A stretch of 53,323 nt of DNA. Origin: a virus (lineage: Duplodnaviria; Caudoviricetes). Positions 36,688 through 46,266 of the stretch are shown piece after piece (position 1 is the first letter of the stretch; the number at the start of each line of letters is the position of its first letter). The stretch lies in the IMG/VR virus record IMGVR_UViG_3300035179_000011, positions 1-53,323 of that record. The stretch is one strand, 5' to 3'. A program made the position numbers and the translations under genes. Below the pieces are notes generated by a model. That model worked only from the letters and a program-made list of their open reading frames with translations. It did no database searches and was not told where the DNA came from.

Positions 36688-36893
36688 AAGTTAAACTTCA
36701 ACTCTGGAAAAGCACATCATGGCAATGCCCCAATTGCAAATCTAAAGAATTTTGGATTGAAGTTGAAAGCCGAGTTTCGCAATTAGCAAACAGCCCATTC
36801 ACCAGCGAACTCGTCAAGCGCGTGCGAATCGTGTGCAAAAACTGTGGAAAAAGGTTTGAAAATAGTGAATTGTTGAAAAGGGAAAACAAATGA
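36684..36893 (+). CDS. Zinc-ribbon protein
   Basis: CPNC...CKNCG. Confidence 0.65.
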   Translation: MKVKLQLWKSTSWQCPNCKSKEFWIEVESRVSQLANSPFTSELVKRVRIVCKNCGKRFENSELLKRENK

Positions 36894-37141
36894 CCGCCCA
36901 AAAAGACCTGTTAAAAATTCTACGAGAACAAACAGAAAGAATGAGAATTGACGTGGAAAATTTGTTCGCCGACATTGATAAACTACACGAATTTGTCTCA
37001 ATACAATATGATTTATTCCTTAAAAGAGAAACAGAATATGAAATACGAAGGAAAAAAGAAACGTCAGGCGCGTTCTATAGTCCAAAACTTGACGGTGTAA
37101 GGCATAGACAAAAACTTTCCTACAGAAGGGAAAAAGAATGA
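36890..37141 (+). CDS. Hypothetical protein
   Basis: ATGA overlaps on both sides. Confidence 0.6.
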   Translation: MTAQKDLLKILREQTERMRIDVENLFADIDKLHEFVSIQYDLFLKRETEYEIRRKKETSGAFYSPKLDGVRHRQKLSYRREKE

Positions 37142-37296
37142 TTAGAAATTTACTGAAAGAACTCGCCATTGGAGACTGCCAAAACGCCACGGCTGACATC
37201 ATAGAAACCATATTGAACCACGAGTTCATCCACGAAGTTCTGCACAGAGTAATAGACAAGAAAACGACAAGCTATTTCATTGGTTTCAAGACGTAG
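37138..37296 (+). CDS. Small HExxH protein, possibly a metallopeptidase remnant (not in ORF track)
   Basis: Hand translation of 52 aa containing ETILNHEFIHEVLH. Confidence 0.5.
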   Translation: MIRNLLKELAIGDCQNATADIIETILNHEFIHEVLHRVIDKKTTSYFIGFKT

Positions 37297-37306
37297 ACGA
37301 AAATGG

Positions 37307-37690
37307 ATGCGTGAAAATATGATTGAAAATTGGCTTAAAAAACTCCACAACTTGCTAGAAAAAATCTATCGGCTCAACTACCACCGCCTCAGACTCAAGC
37401 TGAAAAAGAACCCCCGCGACCAAGTGTGCGAATGTTGTAATTTCCACGGATGGACAAACATCCACCACTGGCGATACGCTTACACCTACACGCAGATCAG
37501 AGACAACAACGCCCTTGCCTTAGAGAACACAACCGAACTTTGTTTCCCCTGTCATCTAATCGGCAACGCCATGCGAATACTCTTCGAAAAAGACCCACAT
37601 TTACAGTTAAAAACGAGTGAAAAAACAATGTCAAAATTACTGAAATTACGAGAAAAAGCGTTGAAAACGGGTGCAAAAAATGAAAAATGA
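37307..37690 (+). CDS. HNH-type endonuclease
   Basis: CECC...TNIHHW...NTTELCFPCH. Confidence 0.7.
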   Translation: MRENMIENWLKKLHNLLEKIYRLNYHRLRLKLKKNPRDQVCECCNFHGWTNIHHWRYAYTYTQIRDNNALALENTTELCFPCHLIGNAMRILFEKDPHLQLKTSEKTMSKLLKLREKALKTGAKNEK

Positions 37691-37997
37691 CAAGAAACTT
37701 GCAAATACAACAGTCAAAGGCATAGAAAACCCGAAAATGAGCACGAAACAGCTCCATGACGCATTAATGAAACAATTAGATAGTATGCAAACAATGATCG
37801 CAAGTCTTGATTCGAGAGAAAGACTGTTACAAAAAATGTTTGAACGACTCGACCAGAAAGTGGACGATTTGATAAAAGAACGGGCAAGGGACGACACGCA
37901 ACAAACTGAAGCCAAGGGCGACCTCAAGTGGATGGCAGCCACGATTATTTCGATAGCCTTGTTCATCGTGTCAACGATAATAAACGCGGTGAAATAA
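37680..37997 (+). CDS. Coiled-coil protein with a C-terminal TM helix
   Basis: Heptad region followed by LKWMAATIISIALFIVSTII. Confidence 0.65.
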   Translation: MKNDKKLANTTVKGIENPKMSTKQLHDALMKQLDSMQTMIASLDSRERLLQKMFERLDQKVDDLIKERARDDTQQTEAKGDLKWMAATIISIALFIVSTIINAVK

Positions 37998-39542
37998 ATG
38001 GGCGAAATAGATTCGTGGATAGGAAAAATACACTGTGGCGACGCTACAGAAGTGTTAAAACGTGTTCCAGCGGAGTCCATCGACTGCATAGCCACAGACC
38101 CGCCCTACGGATATTCATTCATGGGCAAAGAGTGGGATAAAGCTGTGCCTAGCGTTGAAATATGGAAACAGTGCTGCCGCGTGCTCAAAGACGGATCATT
38201 CATGTTCGTAATGAGTTCACCAAGACAAGACGTATTAAGCCAAATGATTGTTAGATTAGGGCAGGCGGGATTTGAAACTGGATTCACAAGCATTTACTGG
38301 GCTTACGCAAGCGGATTTCCAAAAGCTATGAATGTAAGCAAAGCAGTAGACAAGAAACTTGGAGCTAAACGAGAGGTATTAGGAATATCACCTAATTGGC
38401 GTGAGAGCAAACGAGATAGAGAGAAATTCGGTTCAATGGAAGTTCGTGGTAAAAATGCTGGATTGATTTTAGGTGAACCTGTAACCGAAGAAGCCAAAGC
38501 TCTTGACGGCTCTTATGGCGGTTTCCAGCCTAAACCCGCAGTAGAAATCATCATTGTCTGCATGAAACCGTTAAGCGAGAAAACTTATGTTGAGCAAGCG
38601 TTGAAGAATGGGAAAGGCGTGACGTGGCTGGATGATTGCAGAATACCGATTGTTGATAAAAAAGATTTAGATGAGTATGAGTTTAATCGTAGAGGTTATC
38701 ATGAAAGAGCAAATCCAAATTCAGAGCATCCTTATGAAGGTGGATGGAAACCAAGAACTGTTGAGGTTACACAATCGGAAGGTCGTTTTCCCGCCAACTT
38801 GCTTGTAAGCGATGACATGTTGAATGATGGAAAGATAAGTAAATCGAAAGCGGGAGTTAGAAGTAATAAGAATACACCGAGTATTTTGAAGAAAGGGTTT
38901 GAAGGAGTTCCAAAAGACATTTATTCTGGTTGTGATGATTCTGGCAGTTTCAGTCGTTACTTCGACTTGGACAAGTGGTTTGAGAAGACTATAGAGAAGT
39001 TGCCTGAAGACGTTAAGAAGACGTTTCCGTTTCTGATTTGTCCAAAAGCGAGCAAAAGCGAGCGGAATAAGGGGTGTGAAAATCTTAAACCAGAATTTAC
39101 TACAGACCAAAACAAATGGAGTGAAAATGACTATCGTAAAGGAAAGGGTGAAAAAACAACAAAACCGAAGGGCAATTTTCATCCAACCGTTAAGCCTCTG
39201 AAACTCATGTCTTATTTGGTTACGTTGGGCAGTCGTGAAGGCGACGTGGTTCTTGATCCTTTTGTCGGCAGTGGAACGACGTGTATCGCTGCAAAGTTAC
39301 TCGCCCGCAAATGGTTCGGTATTGAATGGAACTTTGAATACTGCCAAATAGCGAGTGCCCGACTTGAAAACTGCGAAATCGTGCAATACGATAAGCACGA
39401 CAAGCAAGTTGTTGCCCCGCCAAAAGTCAAACTTGAAGCGACAGTCCAACACGACATGTGCACTTACAGCGGCAACTGCCCATATAAAAACAACGATGGA
39501 AACTGCACTTACACACATGATTGTAAGGAGAAGAGAAAATGA
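37998..39542 (+). CDS. N4/N6 DNA methyltransferase (beta-class motif order)
   Basis: TDPPYG, HPTVKP, VLDPFVGSGTT. Confidence 0.92.
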   Translation: MGEIDSWIGKIHCGDATEVLKRVPAESIDCIATDPPYGYSFMGKEWDKAVPSVEIWKQCCRVLKDGSFMFVMSSPRQDVLSQMIVRLGQAGFETGFTSIYWAYASGFPKAMNVSKAVDKKLGAKREVLGISPNWRESKRDREKFGSMEVRGKNAGLILGEPVTEEAKALDGSYGGFQPKPAVEIIIVCMKPLSEKTYVEQALKNGKGVTWLDDCRIPIVDKKDLDEYEFNRRGYHERANPNSEHPYEGGWKPRTVEVTQSEGRFPANLLVSDDMLNDGKISKSKAGVRSNKNTPSILKKGFEGVPKDIYSGCDDSGSFSRYFDLDKWFEKTIEKLPEDVKKTFPFLICPKASKSERNKGCENLKPEFTTDQNKWSENDYRKGKGEKTTKPKGNFHPTVKPLKLMSYLVTLGSREGDVVLDPFVGSGTTCIAAKLLARKWFGIEWNFEYCQIASARLENCEIVQYDKHDKQVVAPPKVKLEATVQHDMCTYSGNCPYKNNDGNCTYTHDCKEKRK

Positions 39543-41755
39543 AAAACCAAACAAAAATGAAGAATATACTTGAATTGACTGGCAAAATAGAGCCTGACCC
39601 AGAACTGAAAAGGTTCTTGGAATACTACGAAAAAGAGAAACTTAGCGTAATTCAACTCGTCGCCAAAGCCAAAACCCCAGCCCTCGACAAGTGGCAACAG
39701 TACCAGCACCGAAGACCAACCAAAAAGGAAATTGAAGACTGGTTCTTCCAAGGCGGAATATTCAACGTGGGCATAGTGTGCGGGCAAGTCAGCGAAAACT
39801 TGGTCGTGCTAGACTATGAAGACAAACGAACAGCCTATAAAATCCATGGGAAAGATGTTGGAAAAGACACTTTCGTTGTAGAAACGTCAAAGGGACTGCA
39901 TATTTACTACAAACTGCCCTTTCCAATCCGCAAGTTCAAAATCAAAGAACTAGCGTTGGACGTGCAAGGGGAAGGAAGCTACGTCGTCGCCCCGCCGAGC
40001 ATCCATCCAAGCGGCAAGCAATATGAAGCACAAAACTTTCAAAACCAGCCAATAAGCCGCTGGAAAGGACAAGACTTCGAAGAAGAACTATACTTGCTAA
40101 TCCAAAAAGCCTATCCCAATTTCAACCCGCAAGAGCACAGACAAGCAATAGACGTGGAAAAAATACTGCAAGGCGTAAAAGAGGGCGAACGCAACCAAGC
40201 ATGCCTGTGGCTGGCGACATGGTTCAGAAGAACGGGCAAAAAGGAAGAGGAAGCCCTAGTCGAAATGCAAACGTGGAACAACAAACTCAAAACGCCGATG
40301 GACGACAGAGAACTAGAAAGAACAGTGCAGTCCGCCTTTAAAATTGAAGAACCCTACAAGTACTGGTTCAAACAGAATCCTGATATAGAAAAACATATAG
40401 AACAATACACGCCCCAAGAAGAAAAAGAAGCAGAAAAGTTTCTCATTGCGCCCACAGAAGAAAAAATGGAGTTCATCCAAAAGGCACTAAACGAAGTTGT
40501 CGGCGAAACAAAAACTAAAACAAGCCTTTTCCTGTTGGAACTGCTCAACGAAAACGTGCATGTGGGCGGCGACAGCGCGGCAGGAAAAAGCCGACTCTGC
40601 GACGAAGTAACACAATGTTTCCCCAAAAACTATATTTGGAAAATCACTGGCATGACAGACAAATCGTTGCGATACATAAAAGATGCCGTGGGCACACTCT
40701 ACATAGCCGAGTTCGCAGCCCTAAGCAAAGGTAAAAAAGAAGAAGAATCCACCGCTCAATTCGACGTGAAACTTCTCATCAGTGAAGGAAAACTTACAAT
40801 CACCGTTGTAGAGAAAAATCCAGAAACAAAAAAGTGGGAAACCCACATTTACGACAACGACAACGTAAAAAACATCATCACAACAAGCACGGACGTAGAT
40901 GTAACGCCCGAACTTAAAAACAGACTGTGGGAACTCGCAGTCAACGAAACAACCGAACAAACAAAAGCCATCAAAGACAGAAGAGCACAGGAAAGAGAAG
41001 GACACATCGTAGACGCTTCAAAAGAAAAAAAGGTTCTACGATTAGCAACAAAAAAAATCACCCAAGAAAAACCAAAAGAATTCGCAATCATACCATACGC
41101 GAGCCTCATAAAAGACATTGTGGGCGACCAACTACTACGAGCGAGAAGAGACATCAACAAACTCTTCAACGCCGTAGAAGCGGTCGCCACGTTAAACCTA
41201 AGAAACAGACCACGATGGAACAACAGGATAGTCGCCACACCCGAAGATTTCTGGTATGCAATGCAGTACATGGACGAAGCCATCGTCGGCACATTCACTG
41301 AAGGAACAAAAAGGTTCTGGCGAGTGTGGAGCATCATCAAACAAGCCTTAGACGCGCAAAAAAGAGTAGATGCGGAATCAACGATAAAACTGTTAAAGTG
41401 CAACCAAGCAAACGCGTACCAATGGCTCAAAAGACTAGAACACGCAAATTTAATAACAAAAAAGGAACAGCCAATGCGAGGAAGAAAGGCAAAGGTCTAT
41501 TACACCAAAACTGTGACGACAGAAAAAGAGCAAAAAACAGTTATAGAAATGAGAACATTGTTTGACTATACAAAAGCATGGTGTTTTTCCAATAAGAATG
41601 TTCTTGATACTATCCCCTGTTTTGACAAACACACACTACTAACAGAAAAAATTGAAATAGCTATTTTAGGGGATACAATCGAGAAGATTGTCGAAGAACT
41701 GCCAGAAGCACCCAAAGAAGATGAAGTAGAAGATTCATCAACTATCTGGCGTTAG
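39539..41755 (+). CDS. Prim-Pol primase fused to a PriCT-like domain and a P-loop helicase-like domain
   Basis: NVGIVCG, VVLDYE, TSKGLHIYY, YVVAPPSIH; EGERN; GDSAAGKS. Confidence 0.88.
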   Translation: MKNQTKMKNILELTGKIEPDPELKRFLEYYEKEKLSVIQLVAKAKTPALDKWQQYQHRRPTKKEIEDWFFQGGIFNVGIVCGQVSENLVVLDYEDKRTAYKIHGKDVGKDTFVVETSKGLHIYYKLPFPIRKFKIKELALDVQGEGSYVVAPPSIHPSGKQYEAQNFQNQPISRWKGQDFEEELYLLIQKAYPNFNPQEHRQAIDVEKILQGVKEGERNQACLWLATWFRRTGKKEEEALVEMQTWNNKLKTPMDDRELERTVQSAFKIEEPYKYWFKQNPDIEKHIEQYTPQEEKEAEKFLIAPTEEKMEFIQKALNEVVGETKTKTSLFLLELLNENVHVGGDSAAGKSRLCDEVTQCFPKNYIWKITGMTDKSLRYIKDAVGTLYIAEFAALSKGKKEEESTAQFDVKLLISEGKLTITVVEKNPETKKWETHIYDNDNVKNIITTSTDVDVTPELKNRLWELAVNETTEQTKAIKDRRAQEREGHIVDASKEKKVLRLATKKITQEKPKEFAIIPYASLIKDIVGDQLLRARRDINKLFNAVEAVATLNLRNRPRWNNRIVATPEDFWYAMQYMDEAIVGTFTEGTKRFWRVWSIIKQALDAQKRVDAESTIKLLKCNQANAYQWLKRLEHANLITKKEQPMRGRKAKVYYTKTVTTEKEQKTVIEMRTLFDYTKAWCFSNKNVLDTIPCFDKHTLLTEKIEIAILGDTIEKIVEELPEAPKEDEVEDSSTIWR

Positions 41756-41909
41756 TCCTACTAAGTAGGGCGGGGTCTACCGTCGTGCAAATGAGAATCT
41801 TCTCAATCTTCTCGATACTATCGATATTATCCCTCATTTTAACAAACACACACTACTACTGAAAAATTTGAAATAGCTATTTTAGGGGATAAAATCAAGA
41901 AGATTGTCG
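41601..41909. repeat. Duplicated element of about 90-105 bp, each copy bounded by imperfect inverted repeats (candidate origin)
   Basis: ACAAACACACACTACTA at 41625 and 41842; TGAAATAGCTATTTTAGGGGATA at 41653 and 41869. Confidence 0.8.
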
Positions 41910-42463
41910 TCGTGCCATCGCCGTTCCCGTTTGCCAAGCTTCAAAAGCGACGAACCATCGGGGCACGGCAACAATTCGATTTTTTCTGGTGACGGATACA
42001 GTCAATTGTGGTGTATGGAGTATCTGATTTTTTCGGGGTTTTTTGGGTATGGGGGGAGTATTTAGGGCTTATGTGTGCTTATTCGTTATGCTTCGTTGCT
42101 TATCGTTTATGCTCAGGCTTGTTCCATGCCCAGAATAGTGAACGCCCTATGCTAATGGCTTGTTCGTTAATGTTCTTTTTGTTCCATGCTTATCGTTCAT
42201 ACCGTCTCCATGCACGGTAGCTTTATGATTATAAAGTTTACTAACACTTAACCATGATTAAAAACAAACACAGCCCGTATACAGTTTTGTATACAAGTGT
42301 CGCATCTAGTCTATTCATGCAGTTTTAGAATCTAGTTTATGCCTTCGCTTACGCTTCGTTATTGCCTATGTTTAATTGTCATGCTTCGTAATCACTCGTA
42401 GCACACGCCTAATAGTAAGACTTAATAAACACTATTACTATTATTATGATTATAGGTGAACGC

Positions 42464-42562
42464 ATGAATAAAGTTAAGGTTTCGCTGTGCATCCTTGCCC
42501 TTGCCTTGTGGTTTGCATGGATCACTATTGAAGGTTTGAAGCGATGGGTTATTGTCTGGTGA
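42464..42562 (+). CDS. 32-aa hydrophobic peptide
   Basis: MNKVKVSLCILALALWFAWITIEGLKRWVIVW; GGTGA RBS and CTATTACTATTATTA box upstream. Confidence 0.55.
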   Translation: MNKVKVSLCILALALWFAWITIEGLKRWVIVW

Positions 42563-42722
42563 AGGTTTTATTTTTGGTAATACGAAGCTCACCAGTCTCA
42601 CCAGTCTAGTTTTTGTTTATGTTTACAACTACATTTTTTACTACTATTTGCCTTGCTATTTGCCTTAAAAAGTTTAGAGTCTAACGTGATCCATAACTAA
42701 AATGAGATAAAAAAGAGGAAAT

Positions 42723-42929
42723 TTATGTTAAGAACGCTTTAGCTCTGTCTGGATGTGTCTTTTCTATGTGTTTTTTAAAGTCTTTAAGTAATGTTGTTTC
42801 GAATTTATCATTCTTTTTTACTACTCCGAGCGATATAAGGTATTTATTCCTAAGGTATATTTCCTTAAACTGATCGCATTCAGCACACCTGAATCCGCTA
42901 GCTATTGCTAATTTACTGAATTCTGTCAT
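42723..42929 (-). CDS. C2H2-like zinc protein
   Basis: CAEC...HIEKTH. Confidence 0.6.
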   Translation of the reverse strand: MTEFSKLAIASGFRCAECDQFKEIYLRNKYLISLGVVKKNDKFETTLLKDFKKHIEKTHPDRAKAFLT

Positions 42930-43100
42930 TTATTCTGCATCCTTTTTTAATTCTGAAAAGTGTTTTAGGCTTTCAATGGATTCTTTAAGCTGTTTGTTTG
43001 TCATGTTTTTTATGTGTTTACTTGTTAAACCTTCGTTAGAATTCCATGCTTTTCTATAGACGTTTACAAACTCTTGCTCTAGTTTTTCTCTTGTTGTCAT

Positions 43101-43334
43101 TTATTCCACCTCTGGTTGAGTGTTCCGATAATGGAATTCCTCTTTTTCTCCAGCTTTCTCTAGTTCATAAGCTCTTTGAACTCTTGCGGTAAACAGTTCC
43201 ATTTCGGTCGCTTTTAATGTCGTGTTCTTAATGTTGTGTTTGCAACTCGGACAGCTCACAAGTATCAATTTGCTTTTTGTGTTCCATGAGTAGCCACATG
43301 CTGTGCAGGTTATATTTGGTTGTGGTTTAGTCAT
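43101..43334 (-). CDS. CxxCGYxW...CPSC zinc-finger protein
   Basis: CTACGYSW...SCPSC. Confidence 0.7.
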   Translation of the reverse strand: MTKPQPNITCTACGYSWNTKSKLILVSCPSCKHNIKNTTLKATEMELFTARVQRAYELEKAGEKEEFHYRNTQPEVE

Positions 43335-43555
43335 GGTTGCACATCCTGAAAGCTGTATTTTAAGGCAATAGAAAAAGACGTTATAGTTTTTCCATGTTCA
43401 TTCTCTAGTTTGTTTATATATTCTCTGAATTTGAAAGCATTGAATCTATTGTTATCAGTTTTGAAATAGGCTGTTAATCTTTCCGCTATCTCTTGTTTTG
43501 TTTCGCTGATGGCTATTATTTCCGCCAGAATCTTGTAATATTTTTTGCTTAACAT
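43331..43555 (-). CDS. Hypothetical protein
   Basis: MLSKKYYKILA...DNNRFNAFKF. Confidence 0.6.
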   Translation of the reverse strand: MLSKKYYKILAEIIAISETKQEIAERLTAYFKTDNNRFNAFKFREYINKLENEHGKTITSFSIALKYSFQDVQP

Positions 43556-43557
43556 GT

Positions 43558-43944
43558 TTATTTCTCCGTAGATATGTGTAATTTTTTCATGTAATCCATT
43601 GGGATCATGTTGTACAGAAATTTTGCATACATCACTATGCATTTTATGTTTATTGAATCGGCTGTGCATACAGACGCTATAAAGTCATTGTGTAAGACTG
43701 AACTCAAGAACGATCCTAAATCGTTTACTGCAAAGATTTCGTCATAACATTTTACAATGTTGTCTAATTGGTGTGTTATATGACATTTATCATTTAGGTT
43801 TAAGTTGTTGAACTCTTCGAATTGTCTACACCATTTTTCTATTTCGTTTATGTTTAGGGATTTTCCTAACTTTTCCGATTCAACAACAGAACTAAAAACT
43901 GTTGTCTTTTCGGTTGTGTTTTGTTTTTCTTTTTGTTCATTCAT
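43558..43944 (-). CDS. Hypothetical protein
   Basis: First gene after a conserved promoter at about 43950-43990. Confidence 0.65.
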   Translation of the reverse strand: MNEQKEKQNTTEKTTVFSSVVESEKLGKSLNINEIEKWCRQFEEFNNLNLNDKCHITHQLDNIVKCYDEIFAVNDLGSFLSSVLHNDFIASVCTADSINIKCIVMYAKFLYNMIPMDYMKKLHISTEK

Positions 43945-44188
43945 TTTTATCACGGTTAATAGTAATAATAATAAAGTATATAAATACTATGAATAAGAAT
44001 CTGAAGACTTGTTTATATGTCAGATTAGCATATTGCTCATTCATGCAAAACTTTAACGTGAACGCTATTCATGTGTTCAACTTGCCTAAAAGCCACTTTT
44101 CTATTTAGCGTTCAAATCACGGTTAAACTGAACAACTTTTCAAATACATTAATAAATGGCGATTTTGAATAGAAAAAAGATGGGAATT

Positions 44189-44599
44189 TTATTGAATGCT
44201 TGATAGTTCGCCCAACTCTGTTATGGTGAAAAAGTTCCTTATTTTAGTGGTTTGTTTTAGGCACAGTCTAAATATTGCTTTAGCTTTTATTGAATCATCG
44301 CTATAACCGAATTCAGAACAAAAATCTTCGAAGGTAGAGGGGGTATTTAGATCGCTACTTAAACATGTTAGTATGCTGTATGCTGACGGTTCTTTTCCCT
44401 TTTCATAATTTGCTATTGAATCCCAAAACGTGAACGTTAGTTTTTTGCCTATTCCGCCCTTGCGTGTTATTGTGACTTTGTATTTCGGTCTGTAATTCTG
44501 GTCATCCCACTTGTTTATTTGTTCTCCGAGAAATGTTAAGCGAATTTTTAAACTATGTTCAGTTATGAAGTCTTGTGCTTGTTTATCGTATTCACTCAT
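44189..44599 (-). CDS. Hypothetical protein
   Basis: 136 aa; PSAYSILTCL..D...TFEDFCSEFGYSDDSIKA. Confidence 0.7.
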   Translation of the reverse strand: MSEYDKQAQDFITEHSLKIRLTFLGEQINKWDDQNYRPKYKVTITRKGGIGKKLTFTFWDSIANYEKGKEPSAYSILTCLSSDLNTPSTFEDFCSEFGYSDDSIKAKAIFRLCLKQTTKIRNFFTITELGELSSIQ

Positions 44600-44853
44600 T
44601 GCAATCCCTCAAACTTATCATTGTGCCATTCGTGACCGTCGTATTCTCTAGTGTCCCCGCTTTTTGCTAGTCCGCAACTACATGCGCCTTCGTTGATGTG
44701 GATGTATTTTTTAGCTATTCCTTTTTTCCATTTCTGAAACGATTTTTCGTTGTGAATGTGGTGCTGTCCGAAGTGTCCCATTACTATGTTTTGCACATGG
44801 TATAGTCCGTCTGGTGTTTTGGTAACGTAAAAGTTCATTTCAAAGCTCATCAT
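44596..44853 (-). CDS. Hypothetical His/Cys-containing protein
   Basis: Overlapping start/stop within the operon. Confidence 0.6.
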   Translation of the reverse strand: MMSFEMNFYVTKTPDGLYHVQNIVMGHFGQHHIHNEKSFQKWKKGIAKKYIHINEGACSCGLAKSGDTREYDGHEWHNDKFEGLQ

Positions 44854-45058
44854 TTTCTAACACCTTTATGTAGGGTTCTCTTTTCATGGTTCTCGGATAA
44901 TATGCTACTTCTTTATCTTTTAGTGGTGTGTTTGCTTCGTAGAAATTTTGAAACATTCTGTGATCGAAGTGTATTGGTCGTAAGCCTTTTTTAGTGTCGA
45001 TCCAAAGAGTTATTATCGTTCCGTTGTCTTTTATGTGGTGTATTTTTCCTTTTATCAT
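44840..45058 (-). CDS. Hypothetical protein
   Basis: Abuts the upstream gene. Confidence 0.6.
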   Translation of the reverse strand: MIKGKIHHIKDNGTIITLWIDTKKGLRPIHFDHRMFQNFYEANTPLKDKEVAYYPRTMKREPYIKVLENDEL

Positions 45059-45958
45059 TTAAGAACCCTCTTGCAAATTCTTTACAATTCCTTCGAGAAC
45101 CGCACAGAGTTGTAGTCCGCTTATTTGTTTCGTGCTTGAATGTGGTTCTAGTTCTGGAAAATCCTTTATGTAATTGGTTTCTCTGTCTTCCCAAATTGGG
45201 TTTCTAAGCGTTAATTCGCTTATTCTTTTGGCTATCTCCATTTTGGTATCATAAAGGAGATGTTCTTTTACGTCTTCCATATACCATAAGAGATAGTGTG
45301 CGTAAGCCATGTCTCCTATGCCTAAGCCTAATTTACCTACATGTGAAAATGCCTCTTTGCTATCAGATAGAAACTTTGCTATTTCCTTTTTCTTAATGTT
45401 CTCATAAGTCTGGTGTGATTCATCTCTTACATTGTCTTCTATGTATTTCCAATCTGGTTCTTTTCCGTCTAATTCCACGATCTTAATGATTTTCCATGTA
45501 GCATCAGGATTTCCACACCCGAACATGCCTATCATTTTAGTGTTGTCTTCGTTGTATGAAGCCAATATTTGCATGGTTTTGTTTTGCACATCGAAAGCGT
45601 AAACCCATTCTACACCGCTATCTGAAGCGTCTTTTTCAGTTACAAGCCATTCTTTTTCTTTTCTGTCTCCGTGACAAAAGCATAGTGGTTGCTTGTTTTT
45701 ATCATACTCTTCGCTTGTTTGGTGTTCAATGAATCCCGCCTTAAAGCTAAAGTCTCTACCGCATATCGTACTCCATCCAGCAGGGTGTTTATCTATCAGT
45801 TCTTTCAGCATATTCTCTAAGTTTTCCTTGAAGTGTCCGTGATACAGCTTCCATAGGCTTTCACCTAATCCACTTGGATAAGAATCCCAATGGTGATACC
45901 TTCCTTCAAATCCCTTTTCTGTTAGTCTTGCGATACATCCTCTAGTTCCCATGTTCAA
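45059..45958 (-). CDS. Hypothetical protein (MGTR...YHHWDSYPSGLG type)
   Basis: 299-aa ORF with GRYHHWDSYP and EWVYAFD motifs. Confidence 0.7.
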   Translation of the reverse strand: MNMGTRGCIARLTEKGFEGRYHHWDSYPSGLGESLWKLYHGHFKENLENMLKELIDKHPAGWSTICGRDFSFKAGFIEHQTSEEYDKNKQPLCFCHGDRKEKEWLVTEKDASDSGVEWVYAFDVQNKTMQILASYNEDNTKMIGMFGCGNPDATWKIIKIVELDGKEPDWKYIEDNVRDESHQTYENIKKKEIAKFLSDSKEAFSHVGKLGLGIGDMAYAHYLLWYMEDVKEHLLYDTKMEIAKRISELTLRNPIWEDRETNYIKDFPELEPHSSTKQISGLQLCAVLEGIVKNLQEGS

Positions 45959-46266
45959 TCTCTCCTTCGTGGAAAAGCGAAACTTAATCGTATTTCTGAT
46001 ATTTGTGTTTGCAGTTTCTCTAGTTGTTGTCTTTGAGTGTCTAAAATTTCTAGTATGTTGATTAATGTTTTGTTGTGTGCGTCTAATGTTGCGAATATGA
46101 GTTGAACGTCTTCGTGTATTTCCCTGAACGCTTGATCTATTGCTTCATTCTGTAGAATCTTTATGAATTGTTGCGCATGTGGATGATCCTTTAAGAGTGA
46201 TCGTATGTTTGTTTCAATGGCTGTTATTTGCACTTCAACTTCACTATATGTCTCTTCGGTTGTCAT
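45955..46266 (-). CDS. Coiled-coil hypothetical protein
   Basis: 103 aa; ATGA overlaps. Confidence 0.6.
   Translation of the reverse strand: MTTEETYSEVEVQITAIETNIRSLLKDHPHAQQFIKILQNEAIDQAFREIHEDVQLIFATLDAHNKTLINILEILDTQRQQLEKLQTQISEIRLSFAFPRRRD

Noticed and set aside
29432-41755. Inteins or introns in PolB, TerL, methyltransferase or primase
   Set aside because: No Cys...His-Asn splice ends or LAGLIDADG blocks seen; lengths fit uninterrupted enzymes
42008-42220. 70-aa plus-strand ORF in the non-coding gap
   Set aside because: No RBS or promoter; its hydrophobicity follows from the T-rich repeats
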